Assembly: GCF_006345805.1 (NCBI RefSeq)
Contig: NC_043010.1
Span: 52,142,001-52,206,000 of the forward strand
Length of the DNA stretch: 64,000 bases
DNA from: Octopus sinensis
Lineage: Eukaryota
Reading direction: 5' to 3'
The translations under genes and the position numbers were made by a program. The notes beneath the pieces were generated by a model. It saw only the letters and a program-made list of their open reading frames with translations, made no database searches and had not been told where the DNA came from. This document shows positions 39,071 to 50,878 of this stretch, piece after piece. Positions within the stretch are counted from its first letter, which is position 1; every line of letters begins with the position of its first letter.

Positions 39071-40804
39071 GGGGACTTGCATCACTCTATTTACACGCGT
39101 GTAATGTATGTATGCATTTGACATGGATAGTCTGTGCGTGGTGATTTTATTTTGACGAACCTTGGGGAAAAAATCAATAAAAATGTCCAGTAACAAATAA
39201 GTTGTAGCTGCTGTGAGTAGCTTTTAGTTTAGGAAAAGACAGCAGTATAATGAATATATAACTGTTAAGATTAGTTAAGTTCTTTTGTTTTGTCTATTTG
39301 GTCTGTCTCTGTCTCCTGATGTAGTTTTTTTTCTTCTCTGTTTTCTCTCAGCTGTTTTGGCGAAAGAAGATAACGAAATTATTTGAATACATTATTTGAA
39401 AATAGGGTTTAATATTAGATTTATTCATTTTTTTTTAAAGATTAAAAGAAAATCTGGGTCAGTTTTGACCAGGCAGATCTTATAACTGACATTCGAATTG
39501 TCACTATCTTGTCTTTTCTCCGGACGGTGGTTTCTTCTGTTTTTAAGACCTGTATGATCTGTTTCGAGAGAAATTTGGTTGCTATTTCTAACAGGTTGCG
39601 TAATCACGAACAGGTTACCCCTCCCCGTGTTTGCTTGCATTTTACAAATGCTGTTTCGTCCCAAGTCGGCCCTGATGAGACAGCTGTTATGGTCAAAAGC
39701 ATTTCAGTTAGGATTATCTCGCCTTTTATATATCCTGTACCGTATTGTCCGATACGTCCTCTTAGTTAAGATAGGTAAATTTCGAGCGAAATTTATCTGC
39801 TTTTTCTAACAGGTCGAGTAATCACACTAGAGGCTTCCTTATATTATAAAGTCCAGATTAGCCCTGAATGAGCAAAGGTTGCAACCTTGAACATCCCGTT
39901 TTAATGTCAGAGATAGTGTAAGACTGCATAATTCTTCGTGTTCTTCTCTTTCTAAGACGTAGGGCGTTGTTTGGGGACTTTATTTGCTACTTGTACGTAT
40001 TGTACTTCTGTGAGGTGTAATAAGTTTTCAAACTGTGATAGCATTAAATTTTCTAAGCTCAGCTTTCTCCCCCACCCCAGTTTCTTGCTGAGTTTTGGAA
40101 TCGTTCTCACTTCATTGTGGGAGGAAGGAAAAGCAAAAAAATGGGTGTTAATCCCCCCTCATTTTCCAGCATTTCGGTTTCTTTTCATATAACAGGAATT
40201 AATATTTTGAAAGAATTTTTTTCTTTTTTTACATTTTTGCCCTCCACCTTTCCCTTCTCCATGAGAGAGTGATAGCTATTCCCAAAACTCTGAAACTGTT
40301 TTCGTGTTGAATTTCAAGGATTCTCAATTTTTTTTACTTGCGATATAAAGACAAAATATTTTGACACATTTTGCGTATACTGGAATAATAAGAAAACAAA
40401 GGTGTTTTGTCTTTTATTGGTTCTAGTGCTTGGACATCTTGAAGGGTTTAACCGATAAAATTTTAAGTTTTTTTGTAAATGGTAAATTTTGGGGACATAA
40501 ACAAACTGACACCGTTGGTCGCGCGGCAATTCATACATTTTAGATAATTAATATATGTAAGCTAATAAATGTAATTTAAACAGCAGAAAATTATTTGCTT
40601 AGTCTGTAAATGAAATATAGTTATCATGGTTTTATATTTCGAATTTAATATTTTGTTTCCACTCATTTTAAATACAATTAAAGCGTCTGGGGACATCTTG
40701 CGGTTACACCGTTTGGGAACCCCTGTCGCATTTCGTTTGCTTTTCTCTATTGTACAATTTCATGCTTTTCATTGATAACAAATAAATTATACCCAGATCA
40801 GTGT

Positions 40805-41092
40805 ATCAGTCTTTCGTATTAACGCGCAGAAACGTAAAACTTGATCATAGGATTGTTCGTTAATCTCCGTAGAGAAATTTTATTTATTTACTTTTGTTTT
40901 CATGACGTGTGGAAGGTGACATTTGCTTTGAAGTGAGAGCAGAAAGGGGAAAGATGTATGTACGTGTATATGAAAGATAGTGGGTGTGTACGCGCTCGCT
41001 CGCTGTGTGTTTGTAGTCAGTCATAAACACACACGTACACCCATTATCTTTCATATACACGTACATACATATATACATATACATGCATCTTT

Positions 41093-41125
<33 letters not shown>

Positions 41126-42992
41126 CAAAATGAAGGTGTGTGTTCTCATGTATGTCTAAATGGCTAGGGTTCGTTCTTACCCGCTTCATTTCCTTCACGA
41201 AACAAGGGCAGAAGTTTAAACTCTTCAGCATCATAAATTTCCCTGAGCTAAATAAAACTGTCCGACACTTTATCTGTACTTGCTTAATCTAGAGCGTAGA
41301 ATTCACATACGCATAAGTACACGCACAAACATATATACTTACACAATTTTGTGTATGTATGTATTCTCTTATGTTTCAGCCCTAAGGCTGTGGCCATGCT
41401 GGGGCACCGCCAGTGTAATCACCTTTCAAATGGCTAATCCTAGGTGATTGGCTTTTGGTGAAGCAAGATCTGGGGTCTTGGATAGCAAGAAGTCAAGTTG
41501 TTTCCTGAAAACATCTACACCCACTTCATGGATAGCCCTGAGATGTTTTGGCAAGGCATTAAATAGCTGTGGATCCTCGAATCCCAAGCTATGGTCCTCA
41601 CCTTAGCTGGGATAGCTGGGACCTTTGGAACAGTGTAGAGACATTCAATTTGGGGTCTCGTATAACTCATGATTCCAAAGTTTGGTGCCAGTCCCTCCAG
41701 TAACTTCCACATATATCACAGCATACTTCTCCCATCTTTGTTCCAGAGAGTAGTTGTAGCTCTTTTAGTCTCTCCCAGTGGCTCAGCTGTTCCACTGATG
41801 AAATCTTACTTGTGTAATATCGCTGAACCACCTCGAGTTCCACTATTAATCTGAAACTGTAGGGGGACCACAGTTGAGAGCAGTAATCCAGATGGCTGAG
41901 GACAAATGTCCTCCATAGGACCAGCATAGTTTCTGGTTAGTGACATGCATATTAGTATATTAGATGTCACCAAGTCTCTCAGGTACTGTGTTTTGTGTTG
42001 TTGGGTCGTTACGAGGCCCCTGATGTTCAGCAAGAATACTGGTGTGAAATGTAGTGTCGGTAGTGGCCACTGGTTTGACATGTGCAGAGGTGTCAGAGGT
42101 GGTCGTGAATACTGATATGTGTTCCTCACTGGATGTCTGGTGAAGCCAGGTCAGCTGCTTTACAATCTTCTGTGCAACCTCCAAAACAGCCTGTTGTTCA
42201 GCAGCTACTGTCTACACTGCATCTACAGTTTGTTTCCACTGCATTCACAGTCTGTTTCCTCCTGGGTGGTGGCATTGTATCTTGTGACCTGACTGTGTGT
42301 CGTTGGAGGTTGTTCTTCCTGGTCTTTGGGGAAGTGGAATGAGTATTGTTCACATGGGATTTGGGATGAGCAAATCTGCAACCTATCCCAATGTTACCCT
42401 GCCAGCAGGTACTCTTTACATAGAACTTGCAGACTGGTTTGGTTTCCTTTTTACCAGAGCTATTGCCATTACAGGTTCTATTTCATATTCCTTGTGAATC
42501 CACCTTTGGCCCATATCCATTCTCAGCTTGCTGATCTACTAGTGTGTGTGGGAAATTTATTTTGCTTAAACTTCTGGTCTTTTGTGAAATAAATGAAGCA
42601 GATAAGAAGGAACCCTAGCCATGTACACATACATGCAAAAAATACATAAATAACAACATGCATCTTCACACTCTCTCACACACACACATATGAAAACAAT
42701 GTATGCATATGTATTTATGTATGTTCGTGTGTGACTGACTACAAATACATAGAGCTGAACACAGTGCACGTGCATACATGCATACAGTTACACACATGTA
42801 CACCCACTATCTTTCATATACACGCACATACATCTTTTACTTTCTCCTCTCACTTCAAAGCAAATGTCATCTTTGCACACATCATGAAAGCAAAAGTGAA
42901 TAAATAAAATTTCTATATGGAAATTAACAATCATATCATATTATATGATCAAGTTTTATGTTTCTGAGGGTCAAAACGAAAGATTGCTGGTC
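40805..42992. repeat. Long imperfect inverted repeat (arms about 40805-41243 and 42550-42992) enclosing the mini-LINE
   Basis: The reverse complement of the right arm aligns colinearly with the left arm. Shared blocks include gacatttgctttgaagtgagag, gtatatgaaagatagtgggtgt, ttgtagtcagtca, atggctagggttc and ataaatttccc. Confidence 0.9.
41420..42520 (-). mobile_element. Internally deleted CR1/L2-type LINE (ORF1 CCCH finger, APE endonuclease start, RT C-terminus)
   Basis: Minus strand: VCKFYVKSTCWQGNIGIGCRFAHPK (about 42350-42430), LLNIRGL...KTQYLRDLVTSNILICMSLT (about 41935-42030), then MLVLWRTFVLSHLDYCSQLWSPYS...LEVVQRYYTSKISSVEQLSHWERLKEL (41927 downwards). Confidence 0.85.
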
Positions 42993-43472
42993 AGTGTTCA
43001 TTTTTAAACACAAAATCCCTGAGACCTGTTACATGCATAGATACACACATCTCTCCATCCCTCTCCCTTTCTTTCTATCACATACACACTAAAGATGATG
43101 TGGCTCACACACAACCTTCTCTCTCTTGCTTACACGTTCACATGCACATGTATACTTTCACAACAAATAAGCTAAATAAATAATTTCCTCTTACACTCAA
43201 AACAATCCTTAATTTTGCTAAATTTCAGCACCTTTTCAATTACAATTAAAAATTATACTTGTAAAGGTGCTGAAAAGTTTTATAAAGGCAAATGTAGGAA
43301 TGAAGTGCTTTCACAAGGAAAAAATAGTTGAAACCTCTTCAGTTTCAAATTTTAATGAAAAATGAGAGAGAGATAAAAACTATATTACTTGCAATGATTT
43401 CAACTCATTTTTGTGAAACACTCAAGGGAAAATAGGTATGTGAAAGTCCAAAGGGTGTCCATTTTATTGTCA

Positions 43473-43840
43473 ACTAGCAGTATCGCCCGGCGTTGCTCGG
43501 GTTTGTTTCGACCCGCTGGAATTGTAATTTTGAAAAGTAAAAATTTTGTGAACATTTTTCTGGTCGAAATACACCGAAAAGTGGCGACACAGCAGTGAAA
43601 AAATCGTAAAAAATAGGGATTTTCATAGAAAAAAAGCATCTTTTTGATGTAAATATTTTTGGTGTTAACATGGTCCGATTTGAATTTTATGTTCTACGGA
43701 AGGAAGAGCAACCCTTCTTCTACCATACTCTCAATTTTGGTCAACTTGCGCCGCAGGGTCTCGGAGGAGATAGTGTTAGTTGAAGGTTACCATTCTAGGT
43801 GCCTGAGTAACAACCTCGCGGATTTACAGATAAATGAATT
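43473..43840 (+). mobile_element. Helitron/Helentron-like non-autonomous element
   Basis: Begins ACTAGCAGTATCGCCCGGCGTTGCTCGGG (CTAG plus CCCG/CGGG hairpin), the usual terminus of non-autonomous Helitron-type repeats. It is CpG-rich compared with its flanks; the right end is uncertain. Confidence 0.55.
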
Positions 43841-44341
43841 AATTACTATTTTACAGAATAAAATTAAATAATTCTTGAAAATTAATTAATATTAATATTT
43901 TTTGAACAAAGTAAATAATTTTAAAAACTTATATAATAATTTTTTTTACACAAACGCGAACGGGGAAAATTTGGGTGGCGAATTCGATTTACATACCTAA
44001 ATTTTTTCTTTTTCATGACATTGTAGCAAAATAGTAGTGAATTATATAAATACCAGCAGTACATTTTTTTTTCTGGGGTATTTTTTTTCAACCTCATCAC
44101 ATATTTGCCCCTTTCAATTTAAACAAAGTCTTAATTAAGCAATTACGGCAGCTTAGCAATGGTTTCAATACAGGCGTGACATCTGTATCTCAATTGTTCA
44201 AAACCCTTCGAATTTTTTCGCACGTGATGATATCATAGTGAAAACTTCAGTTATTTCTGTCTTTCACTCTGTCTGTCTCTTTACACACACTAACAAAAGC
44301 ACTTCACTTACACACCACACTTTCTGTGTCGCACAACCCAT

Positions 44342-44376
<35 letters not shown>

Positions 44377-45389
44377 GCACGCACACATGTACATCAATGC
44401 TTTCGGAGTGAAATGTTAAAATATTGAGTTTTCTCGAATTTTGTCTTAATTGGGGGTGAAATTGAAAGAAATATATTATGGCATGAGTGAATGGAGTACT
44501 TTGAAAAATCTTAGGTAAATTCTAATTGAAGAAATTGTGTGAGGAGTAAATGGTTATGTATTTATTTGTTTCTGTTTGCTGTGTTTTTTTATTTTTTGAG
44601 TAGTGGTTTAAATACTTTCAGTTTAGTCTTCCTCAAATCACTCTGTCGCTATTTACTTTCATTTTATTCGTTGCACATTGTGTGTGTGCGTTTGCATGTG
44701 CTGTAAACCAGACTAAGAAAAGCATTTGACATACACACCAGAATGTGAGTTTTCTGTAAATTTTGCTTAATTGGAGTTTAAATTTTAAAAACTGGACCTG
44801 GCATGACCCGATGCATTCTACTCTTAAAAATGCTAGGTAAATTGTAATTGAAGAAATCCTATATTGTAGATTTCTATAACTCCCAAAGGGAGGCAGATAA
44901 AATCTGCCTTTTATAATAAGAGATGTCTTGAATTTTTCCCTCTTAAGTGAAAGAATTTGAACAAAAGAACGGATGTTGAAAAACATCCTAAAAAGCATTT
45001 TCTCCACTTAATGTTTTTCCACAAATGGTTTTCATATTAATTTGAAAATCATTTCAATATATAATTTTCTAGTTAATCTGAATTTGAAAGATCTCAAAGA
45101 TATACTCATCTAGCTTGTGGTGCTTCAATTAGCAGTGGCTTTTACAATTTTCCCTTTTAAAACGAAATGAGTTTGAAAACCATTACCCAATATATTTATT
45201 AAAATAATGACTTGTATAACACTAGTTCTGCTAACATTACTTTAGTATTCACCAGAGAGTATTAGGGAAGTAGTATGTATGTAAGTAAGTAGTATGTATG
45301 TAAGTAAGCCATATCTTAACTCCATAATTTGCTTAGGTCCAGAATTTTTTACAAACAAGGTCGATTTTTATTTTGTTTGTTTCATCGGC

Positions 45390-45730
45390 ACCTTTGGCAA
45401 GTGTCTTCTACTATAGCCTCAGGCCAACCAAAGCCTTATGAGTGGATTTGGTAGGTGGAAACTGAAAGAAGCCCGTCATGTATATATATATATATATATA
45501 TGTGTGGTGTGTGTGTGTGTATATATATATGTGTGTGTGTTTGTGTTTGTCTCCCCAACATCATTTGACAACCAATGATGGTGTGTTTATGTCCCTGTAA
45601 CTTTGCGGTTCGGCAAAAGAGACTGATAGAATAAGTACTAGGCTTACAAAGAACAAGTCCTTGGGTTGATTTGCTTGACTAAAGACGGTGCTCCAGCATG
45701 GCCGCAGTCAAATGACTGAAACAAGTAAAA
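45390..45730 (+). mobile_element. SINE family A, 5'-truncated
   Basis: Colinear from TTGGCAAGTGTCTTCT to the tail. Confidence 0.85.
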
Positions 45731-47589
45731 GTGTAAAAGAAAGAATATCAGAACACACACGCACGATAATAATAGTTGTGGCAGATACTGGTGTCCTGCA
45801 ACTGGCATGTAAAAGCAGCCATTACACTTTTGGAGTGGTTGGTGTTAGGAAGGGCATCCAGCCATAGAGACCATGCCAAATCAGATTGGAGTCTTGTACA
45901 GCTTATCAGCCCTGGTCAAACTGTCCAACACATGCCAGTATGGACAACGGACGTTAAATGATGATGATGAGTGATAATTACTGCTATATTTGTGTATCAA
46001 TCAAATCATAAATCCAATAATAGAAAAGCGGTGTTTTAAATAAACCTAGAAATGTTTCTCTGCTTGTTTGTTTTGGAGGATGTTCAAAGCATTTTCATTG
46101 CACCCCTAAAATTTTAGAGGGTGTGCTTGCACCCCCTGAAACTCCCTGTTCCCAAGCCTATGCTTAGCTCTTACCATTGCTTGAGTGGAACTTGTTAAAA
46201 GAGATGTCAGTTTGTGTTTCATTAACGAGCAAGTCATATCCATTATTGGCTCTCAAAAATCTCCCTCAGTAAGATTGCAGTTCTGAATGTATTTGCATGT
46301 GCAACTCTGTACACATTGGATTGTTTTTTTTGTTTTGTGTGGTTAGTGGTGCACTGTCAAAGCAAAGCCTCATATCATTAGCTGTTTGCACAATGTGATG
46401 TGCATTTGCTGCTACTAGTTTACTCCTTGTGGTTGCATGTCCATTTTGCAGTTTACTCCAAGGTTTCTCTTACTGAGTGCCTATGGTTGCCTGTATAAAT
46501 TTTATGTGGACTTTCAGCAATACACACACACGTTTGTTTGTGTCTGTATGTGCATATGTTGTGTGTATATGTGTATATTTATGCATATATTTGTGTATGC
46601 ACGATTATGTATGTTTGAATAGTGCATATGTATGCATATATGCTTGATGGTGACCTGGGATGGGAGAATTGAAAACGTGTTGTGTAGAGGTGGAATAAAT
46701 AGGCTTGTATATTTAAATCAATTTTGAATATAATCCAAGAAATTTGAAGCATTTTGTGAAATAACCAAGTTGGTATTTAGAACTTAAAAGGTTTTTACAT
46801 AAAATTGTGCTGGAAGCTTTTCAATTTAAATATAAATATTTGCACTTTAAGACAAGCAAATATGTATTTTAGGATCAGAGGCGGCAGCTCTGTACTGATT
46901 AATATAAAATGGCTTGTCTCTCTAGAGACAATTTCAGAAATACATTACCTATGGGTTTCAATTAATTTTGAAAATAATTAAAAATTTTATGAATTTAGTA
47001 AAAAAAACTATTGTTGTCATTATATTGATTTCAGTTTTTGGCACTAGGCCGGCAGTTTTATGGGGTGAGGGACCAAATTGATTACCCCACCATTCTTTAA
47101 CTGGTACTTACTTCATCAACCACAAAAGGACGAAAAGCAAAGCTGACCTCAGTGGAATTTGAACTCAGAACTTAAAGATGGACAAAATGCTGCTGAGCAT
47201 TTCTCCTGGTGTACTAATGATTCCACCAGCTCACCACCTTATTGTTGTCATTATATTAAGTTGATATTAATGTGGTGAGCTGGCAGAATTGTTAGCATGC
47301 CGAGCAAAATGCTTAGTGTTATTTCATTTGTTTTTATGTTTTGAGTTTAAATTCTGCTGAGGTCAACTTTACCTTTCATCCTTTTGGAGTTGATGACTAG
47401 GGTCGATGTAATTGACTTATCCTCTCCTCTGAACTTGGTGGCCTTATTCCAAAGTTGATGTCTGGTAGATAGCTTTAGCAAAAGATTCTTGTATAAAATT
47501 ACAAACTCTATAAAATTGGTAAATGTCTAAATATCTGAGATTGTGTCTGTCTCTTTTTTTTATTTTTCGTTTTGCTTTTCCTTGCCGAT

Positions 47590-47700
47590 TCTGTAGGAAA
47601 GGGCAGCGCCCCTGGGTGTTCATTCATAAGCTTTTTAGACTGGTGAGATTGATGCCATTGATTTTCCTATTGAACTGTTGCAAGTCAATACCTATGGGGA
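47590..47700 (-). mobile_element. Possible Penelope-type RT fragment
   Basis: DLQQFNRKINGINLTSLKSL*MNTQGRCPFL resembles the post-YxDD segment L..F...LN....IKFT.E....LPFLD. The match is short and weak. Confidence 0.3.
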
Positions 47701-48193
47701 AAGATATGAGCAACTGAGGTGGTGGTGAAATTACAGAGGACAGGAAGGACTGGGCATAATGATTAGTAAGGAACCTTGAGTGGTGGTGAGCACAACCAAG
47801 GTGATGGGAGGAAGAAAGGTGTGCGGGACAGGAATTTCTGAGTGGAATTGGCAAGAGACCATCATAGTTGCAGTAGCAGAGGCAGAGACAGCACAGCTGA
47901 AGGTCAGAAGCTGGAGCATTTCATCGACCGAGAAAGGATGAAAGGCAAAGCTGATCCTAGCAGAATTTGAACTCAGAATGTAAAGATGGACAAAATGCCA
48001 CTAAGCATTTCTTTCGGCATGCTAATGATTCTGGCAGCTTTCCAGTGAGTTTATACCATGTTAGATGGCCCATTTCTGCATGAAGTCCAAAATGTCTGAA
48101 TGCAGCTGTTGTAGTACTCTTCCAAATGGAGTATGAGACATTTTGGCATTACCGTTTTGGTGATGTCTATTTGGCATCACTAATTCCATACAG

Positions 48194-48490
48194 GTGGAGG
48201 CACATGGCTTAGTGGTTAGAGCAGTGGACTCACAGTCGAGGGATCGCGGGTTTGAATCTCAGACCTGGCAATGTGTGTGTTTATGAGCGAAACACCTAAG
48301 CTCCACACGACTCCGGCAGAAGGTAATAGCGAACTTCTGCTGACTCTTTTGCCACAACTTTCTCTCGTTCTTTCCTCCTGCATCTTGCAGCTCACCTGCG
48401 ACGGACTGGTGTCCCGTCCTGGTGGAGAGCCTATACACCAAGGAAACCGGGAAACCGGCCCTATGAGCCAGGCATGGCTTGAGAAGGAAC
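48194..48490 (+). mobile_element. tRNA-derived SINE, family D head with V-SINE-like block
   Basis: Head GGAGGCACATGGCTTAGTGGTTAG, body AAACACCTAAGCTCCAC, and the block GCGACGGACTGGTGTCCCGTCC. Confidence 0.75.
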
Positions 48491-48807
48491 AAAGAAAACA
48501 AAACAATTCCATACTGACTTATTTTACATCAGGCATTCCGCCCTCTGAACTGCTCTCTCCCTCTCTGTGTCAACATCTGGTTAAGTTTGTATGCTTAATG
48601 TCTCTCTTGCTCTCCCTCCTTCTCTATCTATCTGTAAGTGTATATTTCTGTATGCATGCATCTTCGCATTCCTCCAAGTTTCATAAAGTACTGTCACAAA
48701 AACAGGTTGAATGTCCAGTCAGTCGTACCAAATATTTAGGTACAAAATGCCTGTGAGATACATGCCAACAAGAGAGTCTGCTACAAATAACAGCCAAATC
48801 TTCTTAA

Positions 48808-49076
48808 CCCTTTCGTTACTGTATTTATTTTGAGATGCTCTGTGTTTCTTTCAATTATTTTAAATATAACAAAGAATTTAGTAAAATAACTTGCAGAATA
48901 CTGGAAATGAACAACACCACTTGTATGACAATGACAATCATTTAATGATAATTAAGCTAGTGTTAGGAACAAATTGTGATAAAGGTTTGGTGGAAAATTT
49001 TAATTCAAAACTTATGAAAACAAGACATTTGTATTTAGAGCCAGAGCTGTTTTCGGCTGGGTTGGTAACGAAAGCG
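48808..49076. mobile_element. piggyBac-type MITE (same family as 58217-58440)
   Basis: TTAA|CCCTTTCGTTAC ... GTAACGAAAGCG|TTAA; the internal sequence matches the 58217 copy plus a ~50-bp insert. Confidence 0.8.
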
Positions 49077-49188
49077 TTAAAGAAAGGATATTGGATATGC
49101 TGTGTCTGTACAAAAAAACTTATTACATTCATTTTATTCTGTCTTTAAGCAACATAACTGATTACTTCAGCTGGTTTGAGACTCTTAA

Positions 49189-50005
49189 CCCTTTAGCATT
49201 CAGATTACTCTGTCAAATGTAATGCTTATTTATTCACATTCATCATCATCATCATCATCATCATCGTTTAACGTCCGTTTTCTGCGCTAGCACGGGTTGT
49301 TTTGAATTAATCGTGCTATCTCATAGCTTTGAGATTTCAGTGATGTGATTGTTAGTTTTGAAATGACATTGTAGAGTAGGTGTGAGGTGCCGATGCTGGT
49401 TGATTCGAACATAAAACAAAAGTTGAATATTTGGACCAGATGCATCATCGGATGCTTGAAGCTATGAGATAATGCATGCTTAATTCTATGGCAATATGAA
49501 TAAATAAGCATTACATTTGACAGAGTAACATGAATAATGAAGGGCTAAAGTTGAGGCCGATAATCTAGTAGGAGCCATAACCCTAGTCTTTTTTAACAAT
49601 ACTTCATTTTAGACATTTACATATCCAGGAACAGAAATAAAACATCTGATGATGAGAATAGTTCAAACTAACTGAAATGTAGTGTAAATTAACCAATCAC
49701 ATCATCAAAGTCTTTAAGCTATGAGATAATGCACGATTAATTCAAAGCAATATGAATAAATAAGCATTACATTTGACAGAGTAATGTGAATGCTAGAGGG
49801 ATAGATTGGCCATTTTGGGCCCAAATATTCTACTTGTTTTATGTTCAAACTGGCCAGATCCAGCCTCTCACACTTACCCTACAATGTCATTTTAAAAATA
49901 ATCACGGCATTGAAATCTCAAAGCTATGAGATAATGCTTAATTAATTTAAAACAATTTGAATAAATAAACATTACATTTGACAGAGTAATGTGAATGCTA
50001 TAGTG
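49189..50005. mobile_element. Cluster of a second piggyBac-type MITE family (one left end, three right-end-like copies)
   Basis: TTAA|CCCTTTAGCATTCAGATTACTCTGTCAAATGTAATGC at 49189. Its reverse complement (GCATTACATTTGACAGAGTAA...) recurs ending near 49544, 49800 and 50005. Confidence 0.75.
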
Positions 50006-50102
50006 TTAAATTAAAAATGAATGCACTGTTTCTTTTCTCTCCTGATTCTAGTGTTAATATTTTCCATTTCTCTTGCAGAACTTGTCTGACAGATAGACCC
50101 TC

Positions 50103-50301
50103 ATGATGAGTGTTCCTGTTAGCCAACCAGCTAATGCCACTCTAGCTCCTGCTGTTGTGTCTCCTGCCACTGTAGTGAAGAAGTTCAAAGCTACAGATGT
50201 TGCTGACAACACCAAGACGGTGTTACCTCTGGCACCAGGGACTGTACCCATTGCCACTTCACAAGGTTTCCCAGGAGGAATCAGTCTGACCATTTCCAAT
50301 G
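50103..50301 (+). CDS. l(3)mbt: L(3)mbt-like (L3MBTL) Polycomb-group protein, coding exon 1 (start codon)
   Basis: Acceptor ttttccatttctcttgcAG ends at 50078. An in-frame TAG at 50094-50096 precedes ATG 50103 (MMSVPVSQPANATLAP...ISLTISN), so this ATG is the start. Donor G|GTGAGT at 50302, phase 1, matches the next exon. Confidence 0.85.
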
Positions 50302-50429
50302 GTGAGTTTTGTTTTAAAATCTTATTGTTGTAAATATTGCATGGTATTCCTCTATTGGTTTTTGTTATTTATCTTTCGACACAAAGTATGTGGGCCTTCA
50401 GTGTCATTCTGCTAATAAATGGAGGAGTC

Positions 50430-50878
50430 TTATTTCTTTATTGCCCACAAGGGGCTAAACATAGAGGGGACAAACAAGGACAGACAAAGGGATTAAGTCG
50501 ATTACATCGACCCTAGTGTGTATCTGGTACTTAATTTATCAACTCCAGTGCGTAACTGGTATTTAATTTATTGACCCCGAAAGGTTGAAAGGCAAAGTCG
50601 ACCTCGGCGGAATTTGAACTTGGAGCATAATAGCAGACGAAATACCTATTTCTTTATTACCCACAAGGGGCTAAACATAGAGGGGACAAACAAGGACAGA
50701 CAAAGAGATTAAGTCAATTACATCGACCCCAGTGCGTAACTGGTACTTAATTTATCGACCCCGAAAGGATGGAAGGCAAAGTTGACCTTGGCGGAATTTG
50801 AACTCAGAACGTAACGGCAGACGAAATACCGCTAAGCATTTCGCCCGGTGTGCTAACGTTTCTTCCAATTCGCCGCCT
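50430..50878 (-). mobile_element. SINE family B dimer (antisense, intron 1)
   Basis: Reverse complement of the 2301-2717 arrangement with the same junction. Confidence 0.9.
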
